NCBI GenBank assembly: GCA_024704765.1
Contig: JAKMXF010000363.1
Location: forward strand, 153,521 to 217,520
Direction of reading: 5' to 3'
DNA: 64,000 nt
Origin: Oopsacas minuta
Lineage: Eukaryota; Animalia; Porifera
In this document: positions 26,416-37,106 of the stretch, piece by piece
Position numbering within the stretch: the first letter of the stretch is position 1
Layout of the letters: each line of letters begins with the position of its first letter
Translations under genes and position numbers: made by a program
Notes under the pieces: model-generated
What the model saw: only the letters and a program-made list of their open reading frames with translations
Database searches by the model: none
Told to the model about the DNA's origin: nothing

Positions 26416-28425
26416 GTGAGTTAATTTTGTTCATTTTTTCATTTTGAACTTAACGCAATGCATTTTATAAACAGCTGATTTGAACTGTAGTTTTCGCAGC
26501 TAACTTCTACCTCTAATTATTTCTCAATCCCTCATGCAGTTCTGTAGTTATGAATATTCAAGTTCTCAAATCAAACATAATTCCATCTTTAATCGCCTAA
26601 TTATTCACAAAATATATTTAGAAAATATGCAAACAATTATTAATGAATAATATACTTGTTTATCATCCCCGCCTGCCCCATTTAATCTCCCTCCTCGGCA
26701 ATTTATTATATTTTATTACATATCTTTATTTAATACTTATATTCACAGATGAGCATCTTCGAAACAAGCTAATTATTTAACACTAGCGCCCTTCGCTTGC
26801 TAGATCGCTGAGCAGTGTGGCTAATCATGTGATTTTTCGAAAATTCAAAAAGGTGGCAATGGCATCATAATTTTGTCAGGTGTGAATTTTCGTCCAAGAC
26901 TCAAACCTGTCCGAGTCAGGCCCAAACACCCCTCCCTGTATGGCAAAAATCAGCCCCGGAGTGTGCACTAATATTTTATTATTATTATTTAAATTGTACA
27001 ATAATTCAGATTATAGAGAGGAAGTGAATATTAGTTTTCCATATACAGTGTAAGTTTAATACGAACACCAACCGACCGGACCGTACGGTTAAAATTTATT
27101 CGCCTTTCCGGAGTTCATAAACCGAAGTAATATCCATTGAAGTACGATTGTAGGGACCTGATTATGCATATATAGGTATTATTCTTTTTACTGTGCCGAA
27201 TATACGTTAATAGGGTGCACCAGTATTGAAATGCATGCCTTAGCCTAGGCTGCGCAAACGGTCAGACTACTCAGGCTATGGGATGACCACTTTACTATTG
27301 CTCAAGCAATCGCCCGACCGCCATTTAGCCTCATCCGCCGCACTTGCTTAGTTCGTGTACTGTGCAGACTACTATTTAGTCAGTCAGTATTGGTATCATG
27401 GCTAATTTTTTTTAGTTTTTATGCCAAAGTTTTTGGAAAGTGAAAGATTTTGAATTTGGAGAGGTGAAGAATTATTTTCAGTTCCAAATGGTGTCGTAAT
27501 TATGGTTTATAATATTTTGCTCAAGGCTACAAAAGTTGATAAGTGAGTATCAAATAGTCGCCCCTGATATCGGTAAAACTATGATATTTCCTGTTTAGGT
27601 TGAAAAGACTTACTAAAGGAGGTTCACCTATGTATTTCCCTATCATTTATGTTTATAGGTGATTTTCACTCAAATACAGCCTTGAAAATATACCCTTTAC
27701 ATTAATCTATGTTATTTAATCTCAATTGATCTCTGTTGGTTTGTTGTTGTTTGTTGTTTTCTCTGTTGTCAAGAATAGGATTTATGGTTTGGTATTTTGT
27801 AATTGCAATCGCAATCCAAAGATGTTGCATACCTCTATATTTATCGCGATTGGCAAAGTGTAGGAAACTACGCAACTTTCTCTTCTCAAAGTGCCGGTTT
27901 CATAAGTACTCCTCCCCTTCCATAAATATACCCCAGCGTGAAGAATACTGTGTAGTATTCTTCCGAGGGAAAAATGATTCTGTGTAGTCAAGTTTCCCCT
28001 CTTCAAAGAATTTGTAGATATTTCTTACTAGACATAATCTATATTATTAAATCTCAATGATTGTCTGTTTGTTTGTATGTTTGTTTGTTTGTCCGTTGTC
28101 AAGGAAAGGATTTATGGTATGCACTTTTGAAATTTCCGCATAACTATGTATTTATCGTGTTTATCAGGGAAGTATAGAATTCAATAAAACTTGACTAAAT
28201 ATATCGTACATACTGAATCCGATTTTCACACTTTGGATTAATCATATGTAAATTTATTGTTGTTTTTATGAATATAAAGTATAAAAATCTCAATATTGAG
28301 GTATAATCATACTTTCAACGACTATACTGGAGTAATCGAGTATTCTTGGTCTGAAAATTGTAAACAACACCAAAATTAATAATCTCAATTGTTGTTTGTC
28401 TGTTTGTTTGTTTGTTGAATACTTC

Positions 28426-28476
28426 GAGGCGCAATGCTCCGAGTTCATCGCGAAGCGACGAGCCAAAGGCTCGTAG
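28426..28476 (+). mobile_element. 3' end of a DINE-1/Helentron-like interspersed repeat
   Basis: GAGGCGCAATGC..GAGTTCATCGCGAAGCGACGAGCCAAAGGCTCGTA, with stem-loop CGAGCC-AAA-GGCTCG, occurs at 28426, 38396, 41179 and 50049 (+) and 17745-17796 (-). Plus-strand copies lie downstream of a (GTTT/GTCT)n microsatellite. Family assignment is inferred. Confidence 0.5.
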
Positions 28477-29100
28477 GTAATTAATTCCGAACGATAAGAT
28501 TATTGGTTTACTTGTTAATGACTGATACATACAGTTTAACATCGTTCGATCGAACTCGGTAAATAAGAATATCATGACATGTTAAAGAATAAATATTTGA
28601 ACTAAATCGAGCCACTACCCACAGTTTGACGAAATTCTCTAGTATTCACGCAATGGGCATAAATCCCGGGGATATATCCCCCACTTTTTACACAAGGATG
28701 CGAATGGTCTATATAATATTACCAGCATACAATCGAAACAGTTTTATCTTATCACCTATTTCTTAAAATATTATTCCTTCTCAGATTGTGAAGAAAGTGG
28801 GATTTACTTTCATTTTACATCGGTTTTTTCTGACGATATTTCCGTGCAATGGAATAGTGAGAAATCCGGTTTCTACTTAAATATAACTCAAATATTTGGC
28901 ATAAGTATGCCAAATGAAAATATCAATTCGAGCGGACTTAGTTCAACTAGGGTTGTTATGAGCGAAATTCGTAACAACAGGCTTAAATTCGATAGCTTTT
29001 GTCCTAAAGGGTGTAATAAATAACTAAATTATAACCGGAGTTTCATTGTATTTGTTGCAGTCTAGTGCACATGGACCCGAGTACTTAGTCTAATTGGACT

Positions 29101-29827
29101 CAGGGATGTCCTTCTCTAATTATAAGTATGGGAGCGATATTTCAAATTTCAATTTCAATTGAATATATCCTAATTTCTAATACAAAATTCAAACAATATA
29201 CTGGTAATTGAATTAATAAGATAAGATATGAATAATATCAAAGGCTTAATAGTAAATCTGAAAATAGAGTTCTAACAAGTGATTGAGTACCCAAAATTAT
29301 TTAACTAATAATACTTCCAAATTTCTTCTTGTTTATGGGGCTCAGAAATTTTGGATTTCAATCCATGGATATCTGTTGCTGAATTATGATGCAAGAGCCA
29401 AGATTTAGAATATTCCAATGGTCTCCAAATAGTCAGTGGTGGACCATTAAGCTGGATAAACAGCAAAGAAGAAACGTGTTCTATTGTAAGCAGGGTTCGT
29501 TTCTCATCCAATATGATATTCATTTGATTAAACACCTTTTCGCATTCAGATGAGTTGCATGGAATAACTTCTACGATATTTTCACGGCGCTATAAAGTAA
29601 ACATTTGCTCTCTCAACTCGACTTAATTATATTTGGAACAAATTTCAATTGATTTCAAATATTGATTGTATGCTACTGTAGATATCAAGTACACACATTC
29701 AGTAACTTGTGAAGTAATTGTTACTTGCTAATTTGATTTGTTAAAAAAAGTATGAGAGCGACACTCCCGCTACCTGAAAAAGTATGGGAGTGGTGCTCCC
29801 ATCCGCTCCCACAGCAGGACACCACTG
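29101..29827 (-). mobile_element. Non-autonomous hAT element with the transposase C-terminal dimerization fragment (copy 2 at 50723-51454)
   Basis: Termini CAGGGATGTCC / GGACACCACTG; perfect 8-bp TSD ATTGGACT. Encodes VIPCNSSECEKVFNQMNIILDEKRTLLTIEHVSSLLFIQLNGPP. Confidence 0.9.
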
Positions 29828-30625
29828 ATTGGACTTAGACTAGTTCAAGTGCTATTAGAACCTAACTCTACGATAATGGGTGGATTCAATAACTCAATTA
29901 CGTTATACACGATTATCAAGGGTTCTGAGGGTCAATGTCCGAACTTGGGAATAACTAATCAGCATTTACGCAGGTTTATTAAAAACAGCCGTGATTATTA
30001 TATCAGAAATTACAAGATTTTGATGATTGGAAGAGTATAAGTTATCAAAATAATCAACATATTGTAAAGGCAGGTGTTTGTGGCTGTATTTCTTTTCTTC
30101 TTTAGGAAGAATAACTATATATACATATACCGACCGTTCTAAGATTTTGCTAATCTATTTACAATTTTACAATATTCAGTACTTCTAGCATTGACAGATA
30201 GTAAAATATTTCAGAGGCTAATTTCCTGTAGCTATTGTTTACAACAACTATATAGAATCAGGCTTTATTGACATTCGTGATATACGTATACAACGTAATT
30301 AAGTTATTGAATCCACAGCATTAGCTTGAAGTTGGATTCCAATAGCACTTGATCTAGTCCAAGTCCAATTAGACTAACTACTCGGGTCCAAGTGCACTTA
30401 GACCAGTCGAACTGCACTTGGACTGCAACAGATATATATTCTACCTCTTTAATGTATAAAATAGCCACTTAGCGTAGAGTATATATCAATTTTGTTAGAA
30501 TTTTGGTTAATTTAGTTAGCTTTTTGATTATTTTTGTTAGACTTTTGAGTAATTTTGTTTGACATTTTACAAATTTGGTCGACTTTTAGCGAATTTTAGT
30601 AGAGGCAAGTCTGACATTAAATATA

Positions 30626-30745
30626 CAGTAGAACTCGGATAAGACGTACCCCCTCGGGAAACAGAAATTAGTACGTCTTAACCGAGTGTACGTCTTAAAC
30701 CTAGTGTACGTCTTAAGCCGAGTACGTCTTATCCGGGTTCTACTG
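30626..30745. mobile_element. pogo-type MITE with internal GTACGTCTTA repeats
   Basis: TA|CAGTAGAACTCGGATAAGACGTAC...GTACGTCTTATCCGGGTTCTACTG|TA. Confidence 0.9.
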
Positions 30746-31125
30746 TATTTTGTTAACCTAATAAATAGAACCCATTCTATAATGCCATAATTAATCTATT
30801 CAATTAATATACGTACTATGTGGCCATTTCACGAAAAAAATGGTCCGAGGCCAAATCCTACTATCTAGCCAAAGGTACTGAATATGAATCTGGTGTATGA
30901 CGGGCTGAGAATGTAGCCCTGGACGACCGCCCCTTTAGCCCATCCCTAGGTACTCCATTTGCCCTTTCTTGTTTCAGAACCTGTATTTGTGGGGACCCCT
31001 ACATCTGCAGGGGTCCCATGCCACGTGAGCCGCCCTTCTCCATATATATTTCATTAATTATATTTGTCACCTATATCAGAGAGTTTTCTTCTAGATATTA
31101 GAAAAAGAAAACTCTGAGAGGTTGA

Positions 31126-31460
31126 CCCTTATACACTAGTGTGGAAGTAACTTTATGTTAATAGTGGTGATATAGAGAAGTCACACTTTTGGCAGTGCAC
31201 TAATATTAAATATATAAGTAAATCAACTATGTTTGTAATTCGCACTAAAAACAATTGAAATTCAATTGGCAATAAATACTAATCATTGTTCCAGTCATTA
31301 AAATAAATCCAAAACTAGAATTCTAGTCAAACTCATCTCTGCAATTATTGCACACGTAGTATTGGTCTGAATGGTCAACACAAATATTGATCTCACAGTA
31401 ATAACAAGTTGTTGCTACCTTTCTGTCAAGTTTGCGTGTACAAAGATAACAGCGTTTTAT
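31126..31460 (-). mobile_element. piggyBac-like 3' remnant (C-terminal Cys-rich domain plus a possible terminus)
   Basis: KRCYLCTRKLDRKVATTCYYCEINICVDH fits the piggyBac CxxC..CxxC..C..H domain; ttga|CCCTTATACACTAG at 31122-31139 resembles a TTAA|CCCTT end with one mismatch. Confidence 0.6.
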
Positions 31461-31943
31461 AGCTTTCTTTTTCGTGTTGATAGAAGCTGATGCAGGTGTA
31501 AATGAAGAAGTAGGTTCATTAGGAAGAATAGATGTAAGAGAAGAAGTTTCACTAGTAACAGTATTTTCAATAGAAGTAGTAGGAAAAATGCAATCAATAG
31601 GATCGTTAGGAGGTAAAGCAACTGGTAGGAACACCAGGTGTAGGATTGCAATGAAGAGACCAATTGGATGAATTCCCCTCCAGAATTCCCTTGAGCAGGA
31701 AATAGACGGAGGAGTCTGGCTGTAATTAGTTGACATGTGATTTTGCTGGTGATTTTAATGCTTATTTATTGGAACATGAAAAAGATCTTTATTGGGATAC
31801 GGACTGTTCGGTACGTAGACATTTGGTTATGTTATTAAGATGTATAGTAGAAAGTGGTAAATATTTACTGTTAATGCTAGATTAATGAATGGGAAATATT
31901 GAAACAAAATGATAAGTAATGATAAGGAGAGTGTGCACTAGTT

Positions 31944-32235
31944 TTATGTCTCGTTTAGGCCAATTCTATGTGCCACTCTACGTATATATTCCATGGCTAG
32001 TGTATGAAAGTATCCGGATATCCGACTATTAAGTCGTTCTTCATTAGTTTTATCCTTTTGTCGTTTTGGAGGCTTTTCTCCAGCAATAAAGTTAGTCTGT
32101 GTTTTACTTATACAAGTTTTTGTTCTCGCTTCAATGCAATGATGAAACGCCAAATGTTGGGATGGTAACATCCGATGGTAGCATTGTATGAGCGATGCCA
32201 AGCCTCTACTGCGTTAGTAGTCCTGGGAATTCCCC
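31944..32235 (-). pseudogene. Mutator-like (MULE) transposase C-terminal fragment
   Basis: GIPRTTNAVEAWHRSYNATIGCYHPNIWRFIIALKREQ, then a frameshift, then ...AMEYIRRVAH; matches the RTNNxxEGWH...HPxIWxFIxxLKxEQ motif. Confidence 0.8.
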
Positions 32236-32531
32236 CTGAGGAATTTCCTTTCTCTTAAGGCCAATCTTTATTTCCAAGCAGTTACCCAATTGCTTATCTG
32301 GCATGTAGGTGCTCATTAGTTCTCTTCACTATTGTCAACCCCCTTAGTCTGTAATCTTGGTTTACACTGAAAATTTGGAAGGTATCTGTAGTCCACATCC
32401 GATAAACTATACTATCATTTGTATAATTAGCAATGACGACACCTCGTAGACCACCACCAGACTATAACTCAGCATTGTCCATGCCAACAGCTAATACGTA
32501 CTATAGAGCTCTGCACAGAGAAAACTCTGAG

Positions 32532-34074
32532 TTACGAATCAATTTGGGATGGATGACCAGTAAGTCTAAGCATTATTTTGACGGATTCTATCTTCGCTTC
32601 CAATTTAGCAATTTGTTTTTTCAGTAGTAAAACTTCTTTAGCTGCATATTTACTCTTTTTTAATAATCTATTCAATACCATGGCTGCATCCGGCCGATCA
32701 TGCCAAGTCAAATTCACCATTTCTAAAATGAGAGAGGATTGAAATGGAAAGGTTTCTAGAAATTCTGTTGGAATCTTGCTCTCTCTAACACCACTGAGGA
32801 TATTACACTTTTCAATGTCTGTTGTGAAGGGGTAAAATAGTACTACAGGAAAGCAAGGGCAGAACTGAAAATATCAGTCTTAAAAGAGTAGTGATTAGAA
32901 ATCAGCTGTTCTGGAGAGGTATACAGTCGTGAGCCGAGCTTGGTTGTATGCACAGAACTACTATTTGATAGCGTAGAAGATCTCACAAAACTTTCACTAT
33001 CATTGACAATTTCCTTTGAAATTCCGAAATCACAAATTTTTAATCATTTTCGATTACCCGTTAATAATATATTGGTCGGTTTGATATATCTCTATGTACA
33101 CAATTCTGTGAGTGTAGATACTTTAGACCTTTATAAAACTGGATGACGTAATCGTCTACAATTGAGATATCATCGTCGGTTAGTTTGCTTATTTCTGTCG
33201 AGACTTCATTTCGTTCTCTAAGCCATTCTTGTAAATTTGTTTTACACAGTTCAAGCTGTATACATATCATAGGCTGCAATACAGGCTGGAGAGGAGGAGC
33301 AGGAATTAGTGGTTGGCGGTGTCAATCTTGTGCTACAATACGCGTTTCAGGTTGTTGACGGGTTGGTACGTGTTGCCGATCAAGTCAAATTTCTTTTCTA
33401 AAACCTGGCAATGCTTGGGGAAGAAGAATAACATCAGAATCAGAGCTAGAATCAAATTTTTGACGCTTTGCTAACTGTATTTCTCTCGACCCATTTGAGT
33501 CATTAGAATACATTATGTTGCTATCGACGAAACGTAACAAATCTGTTTCAACGGAGTTTTCATCTTTTTGTCCAGAATTATATCGTTCTTCACCATGATC
33601 CTTGATAGAATCGTCATAGTATTTATTAGAGTTCCTACTTAGGCATCTAGTTAATCCTGTGTCGTTGGAATCATCTTCATGTCCCAGATTAGACATTTTA
33701 GATACTGAAGAGGCAGATTCGGTCTCACCAGCAGTGCTTTCGATTTCGCTAGTACCATTTCCAGCATCCTCTCTTTTATCAATTTCGTAATCTAACCAGA
33801 CACAATAGTATCTAATCACATTTTCATGACTCAACTTGGCTAGCAACTGCACTTCTCTCACAAATTCGTGTGGATTCCCCCTCAATTTAATCTTTTTAAT
33901 CGCATACTCACTATTATCCAGCTTATTTATAGCTCTCACTACCACACCATGACCTCCTTTGCCAACAGAAATTTGTCTTCCATACTCTAATTCGAGTCTT
34001 GAAGTATGCCTAACGTTTCTTGTTTCACCAATTATATTAGATATGCTAAACTGACTCACATTATAAGGCTGTAC
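32532..34074 (-). pseudogene. EIF2AK: eIF2-alpha kinase-like catalytic domain, intronless and disabled
   Basis: Contains GKGGHGVV, YAIKKI, REVQLLAKLSHENVIRYY, a long acidic kinase insert, CIQLELC, HRD(I), KICDFG, GSRLYTSPEQ, KTDIFS, LFYPFTT and RPDA. In-frame TGAs at ~33385, ~33322 and ~33044; a 2-nt insertion in HRDIKP; one further frameshift. Confidence 0.9.
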
Positions 34075-35516
34075 CATAGCCTACTAAACATAAGGCCTGT
34101 TGTATGATATTTTGAGGCACTGTATTATAGTACCATGGATATTCAATATCTATAATATTTTGAGGCAGTTGGAATCCATAGAAATTTGTGCGATTAATTT
34201 AGTTCCAGTTTGACTTGATGATAATCTCAGTTATTACCAGATGTATATTATTACAACTCATATTACTAACTCCTCTTTTTCCATTACTTCAGTTATTTTC
34301 ATCCTCAACTTATTTGAATCAATAATATAAATTTTGCAAAAAAAGTCGTAGCGAATAAACAAATATGATAGAAAGTCAGAAATATACATTTTGAAAAGAG
34401 GTTATATTTTAGATGAAAACTAAAGACCTTCATATACATCTGGTAATAACTGAGATTATCATCAAGTCAAACTGGAACTAAATTAATCGCACAAATTTCT
34501 ATGGATTCCAACTGCCTCAAAATATTATAGATATTGAATATCCATGGTACTATAATACAGTGCCTCAAAATATCATACAACAGGCCTAACAGTAACTCGA
34601 ATTTTTGGCACCAGGGATGCAGTATTAGAAGAAAGCATTTATAAACATAGTTTCTTTATTGCAGAAAAATGCATTTTTGGCTGAATAAATGTATTACATT
34701 TTTGTAGAACTGCAAATTTTACACAAATAAATGGTAAAAACTTTTAGGAATGTGTAAAAATATGTCTCTAGTAAGCATTTATTTTGTAAATATATCATTC
34801 TTTGATGCTTTGTAGAACGTTAAATATTGCAATTATCAACTCAAAGTGAATAAATGAAATGATCTATAGATCCTTTTTACAAAATGTCACAAATTTGTCA
34901 TTCAAAAGTTGGCTCGTTGTTGAGTTAAGGTAGAGACCATGGATGGCAATTTTTTATGAATATTCAATTATAACTCGAGAATCATTTCAATTATCGTAAA
35001 ATCAGGATAGTCAATTTATACTATTTACCCGACTTCCCATACGCTTGCAATACATTTTGATATGATCTCTCTCACCAATGTGACGATACCCGTATATGGT
35101 CATTTTCAATATTCTGCAATACACTTTAATTCATAAAATTTACCATCCATGGTCTCTACCTTAACTCAACAACGAGCCAACTTTTGAATGACAAATTTGT
35201 GACATTTTGTATAAAAGGATCTATAGATCATTTCATTTATTCACTTTGAGTTGATAATTGCAATATTTAATGTTCTACAAGACATCAAAGAATGATATAT
35301 TTACAAAATAAATGCTTACTAGAGACATATTTTTACACATTCCTAAAAGTTTTTACCATTTATTTGTGTAAAATTTGCAGTCCTACAAAAATGTAATACA
35401 TTTATTCAGCCAAAAATGCATTTTTCTGCAATAAAGAAACTATGTTTATAAATGCTTTCCGCTAATACTTCATCCCTGGTACTTTTACTGTTAGGCCTTA
35501 TATTCAGTAGGTTATG
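34075..35516. mobile_element. Galileo-like (P superfamily) foldback element
   Basis: Termini CATAGCCTACTAAACATAAGGCC / CATAACCTACTGAATATAAGGCC (reverse complement); 7-bp TSD GCTGTAC (34068-34074 and 35517-35523); inner ~350-bp arms at 34610-34960 and 35130-35480. Confidence 0.85.
34094..34586. mobile_element. Nested hairpin MITE (~155-bp arms) in the left arm of the foldback element
   Basis: taa|GGCCTGTTGTATGAT...ATCATACAACAGGCC|taa; the corresponding position in the right arm reads TAAGGCCTAA. Confidence 0.85.
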
Positions 35517-36389
35517 GCTGTACTCCATACACTACAGCATCAGAATCCGGTATAGCTAGACTACCTCTATGCTCACCAGCTGACAGTCTAGCAGAAGCTA
35601 TGGATAACTCTTTTCTGTACTCCCATCTGAGGGTAATAGGCGGTTCTGTATCCTTCATGTCAAAATATTCTAGATCTGTCTCCAGAGTAGGTTGCTGCTT
35701 CTGCCATACGAGTTTAACTTCAAACTTATCTCCCTTCATGATATCACGAGGCTGAGAACGGGTATAAGGCACTTCATGATGTTGTTGTATCAACTCTGCT
35801 TCAGGTTGATGAGCTATATAAGTCATATATATTAGACGTAATTGTACTTATCATACAAGTACTAGTTTAATCATAAGCATAACTCACATTTTCGAAAGTT
35901 CGTGCGTGGAAACAGTTTAGGCTGAATCAATGGGTTTGTAGGAGAATTAGTATCCACAGTATAAGAGGGAGGAGATCTTATTTCAATATCTCTGAACCTG
36001 GAATCACTAGCATGTCTCGTAATAGGGGTATGAGTTGGTTTAAACGGGAGCTGTCCTGGCTCACTAGGAGGGGGAGGGGGAGAGGGAGAGGCACGAGGAG
36101 CGTACTGCATCTGAGAGGATTGAGAGTACCCGAAAGGAGTTGTGGTATGGGATAGGGGGGCTGATATAGTATAATGGGCTACTTTTGGATGGAATAAGCC
36201 CGATTGTATGTTACTGGTTTCAAAGAGTTGATTTGTAGGCCCCTCCTGTACATAGGGTGCTATTTGATGGTTGCTAGATGAAATTAGATCTCTTCCAGCA
36301 GGGGTGGTAGGCTTTTGTTTGGGAAGAAAGTGTATCTGTCTAAACAATTCTCCTTCTAGGGCCTGTGAATAATCTATGACAATAAACAA
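35517..36389 (-). CDS. Upstream Pro-rich exons of the eIF2-alpha-kinase-like gene
   Basis: Phase-1 GT-AG intron at 35887-35814 joins ORF 35871-36389 to ORF 35512-35826. The latter joins the kinase ORF in frame once the foldback element is removed. Confidence 0.7.
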
Positions 36390-37106
36390 GGAGGAAAGGA
36401 ATGTATAATCTCAATATTTGATAATAATAATAAGAAATATTTGTTATATCAGTGAAGATATATAGATTTAATGGACATATTGACGGATTCAGAGTATTCG
36501 AGATCTTCAACCATTATCCTTAATGAATTATTGAATTAATATTAGAAAATGAAAATATTCTTTGTAACAAGTATTTTAGTAATTTTTATGGCAAACAAAC
36601 AAAAAATACTAAACCCAACAAACCAAAAATTGCTAATTAGAATATTAATAAAAATATATTATATTCATGCCATAACAACGAGTCATACCTTCAGGAATGT
36701 AGGGTCGTATTGCACCATCGATTCTTGTCCACCCAACAGGAGCACTAAAGTCGTTTTTGGAGGATATGAAATGTTCCGAGTGAGTTGATGAGAGGAAATG
36801 TGTAGTCTAACTTTGCTCTCTTAACTGATCGCCTATATAATAGATAATTTGATTCAAACATGCTTCCCTCACCCTTATAGTAGTAGGTGTTATCATACGT
36901 AGTATATTGTCTACATGGCATCCAATCAAATCGACAACAATATATATATGTACATGTATAGAGCACGAACAGGATCCAAAGAACTGTTCAGTGAATTGGG
37001 CCCATCGGCCACCATACATGTCTCATAAGATTATCTTTCGCTAATTCTGAATCAAATTTATCCCATACATGTAGCACTCATATCATACCTCTGTACTGAT
37101 GTAACT

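Larger units (their letters stand above)
22622..27166. repeat. Palindrome with ~900-bp arms (22622-23530 and ~26270-27166) carrying Musashi exon 1 and part of intron 1
   Basis: Direct comparison shows reverse-complement identity, with indels at ~22800-22880 versus 26945-26990 and within exon 1. Confidence 0.9.
22925..30441. repeat. Direct segmental duplication, copy 1 (copy 2 is 44476-52068)
   Basis: Colinear high identity across the palindrome, the Merlin/P remnants, the DINE-like repeats and the hAT derivative. Both copies end at ...cagatatatatt(c); the left end of copy 2 is hidden by the N gap. Confidence 0.95.

Noticed and set aside
22622-27166. The 900-bp inverted arms read as TIRs of a Pack-type P element that captured an RRM exon
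   Set aside because: No TSD flanks the arms, and the left arm is the native exon 1/intron 1 of the Musashi-like gene, so an inverted duplication is the simpler reading.
30700-30740. Short GTACGTCTTA repeats, and CCGGGTCA repeats at 58.1-58.4 kb, as CRISPR-like arrays
   Set aside because: They are subterminal repeats inside TIR/TSD-bounded MITEs in eukaryotic DNA, with no regular unique spacers.
30980-31020. GC-rich hairpin GGGACCCCT-ACATCTGC-AGGGGTCCC as an ncRNA
   Set aside because: A single stem with no recognisable tRNA, snRNA or rRNA features.
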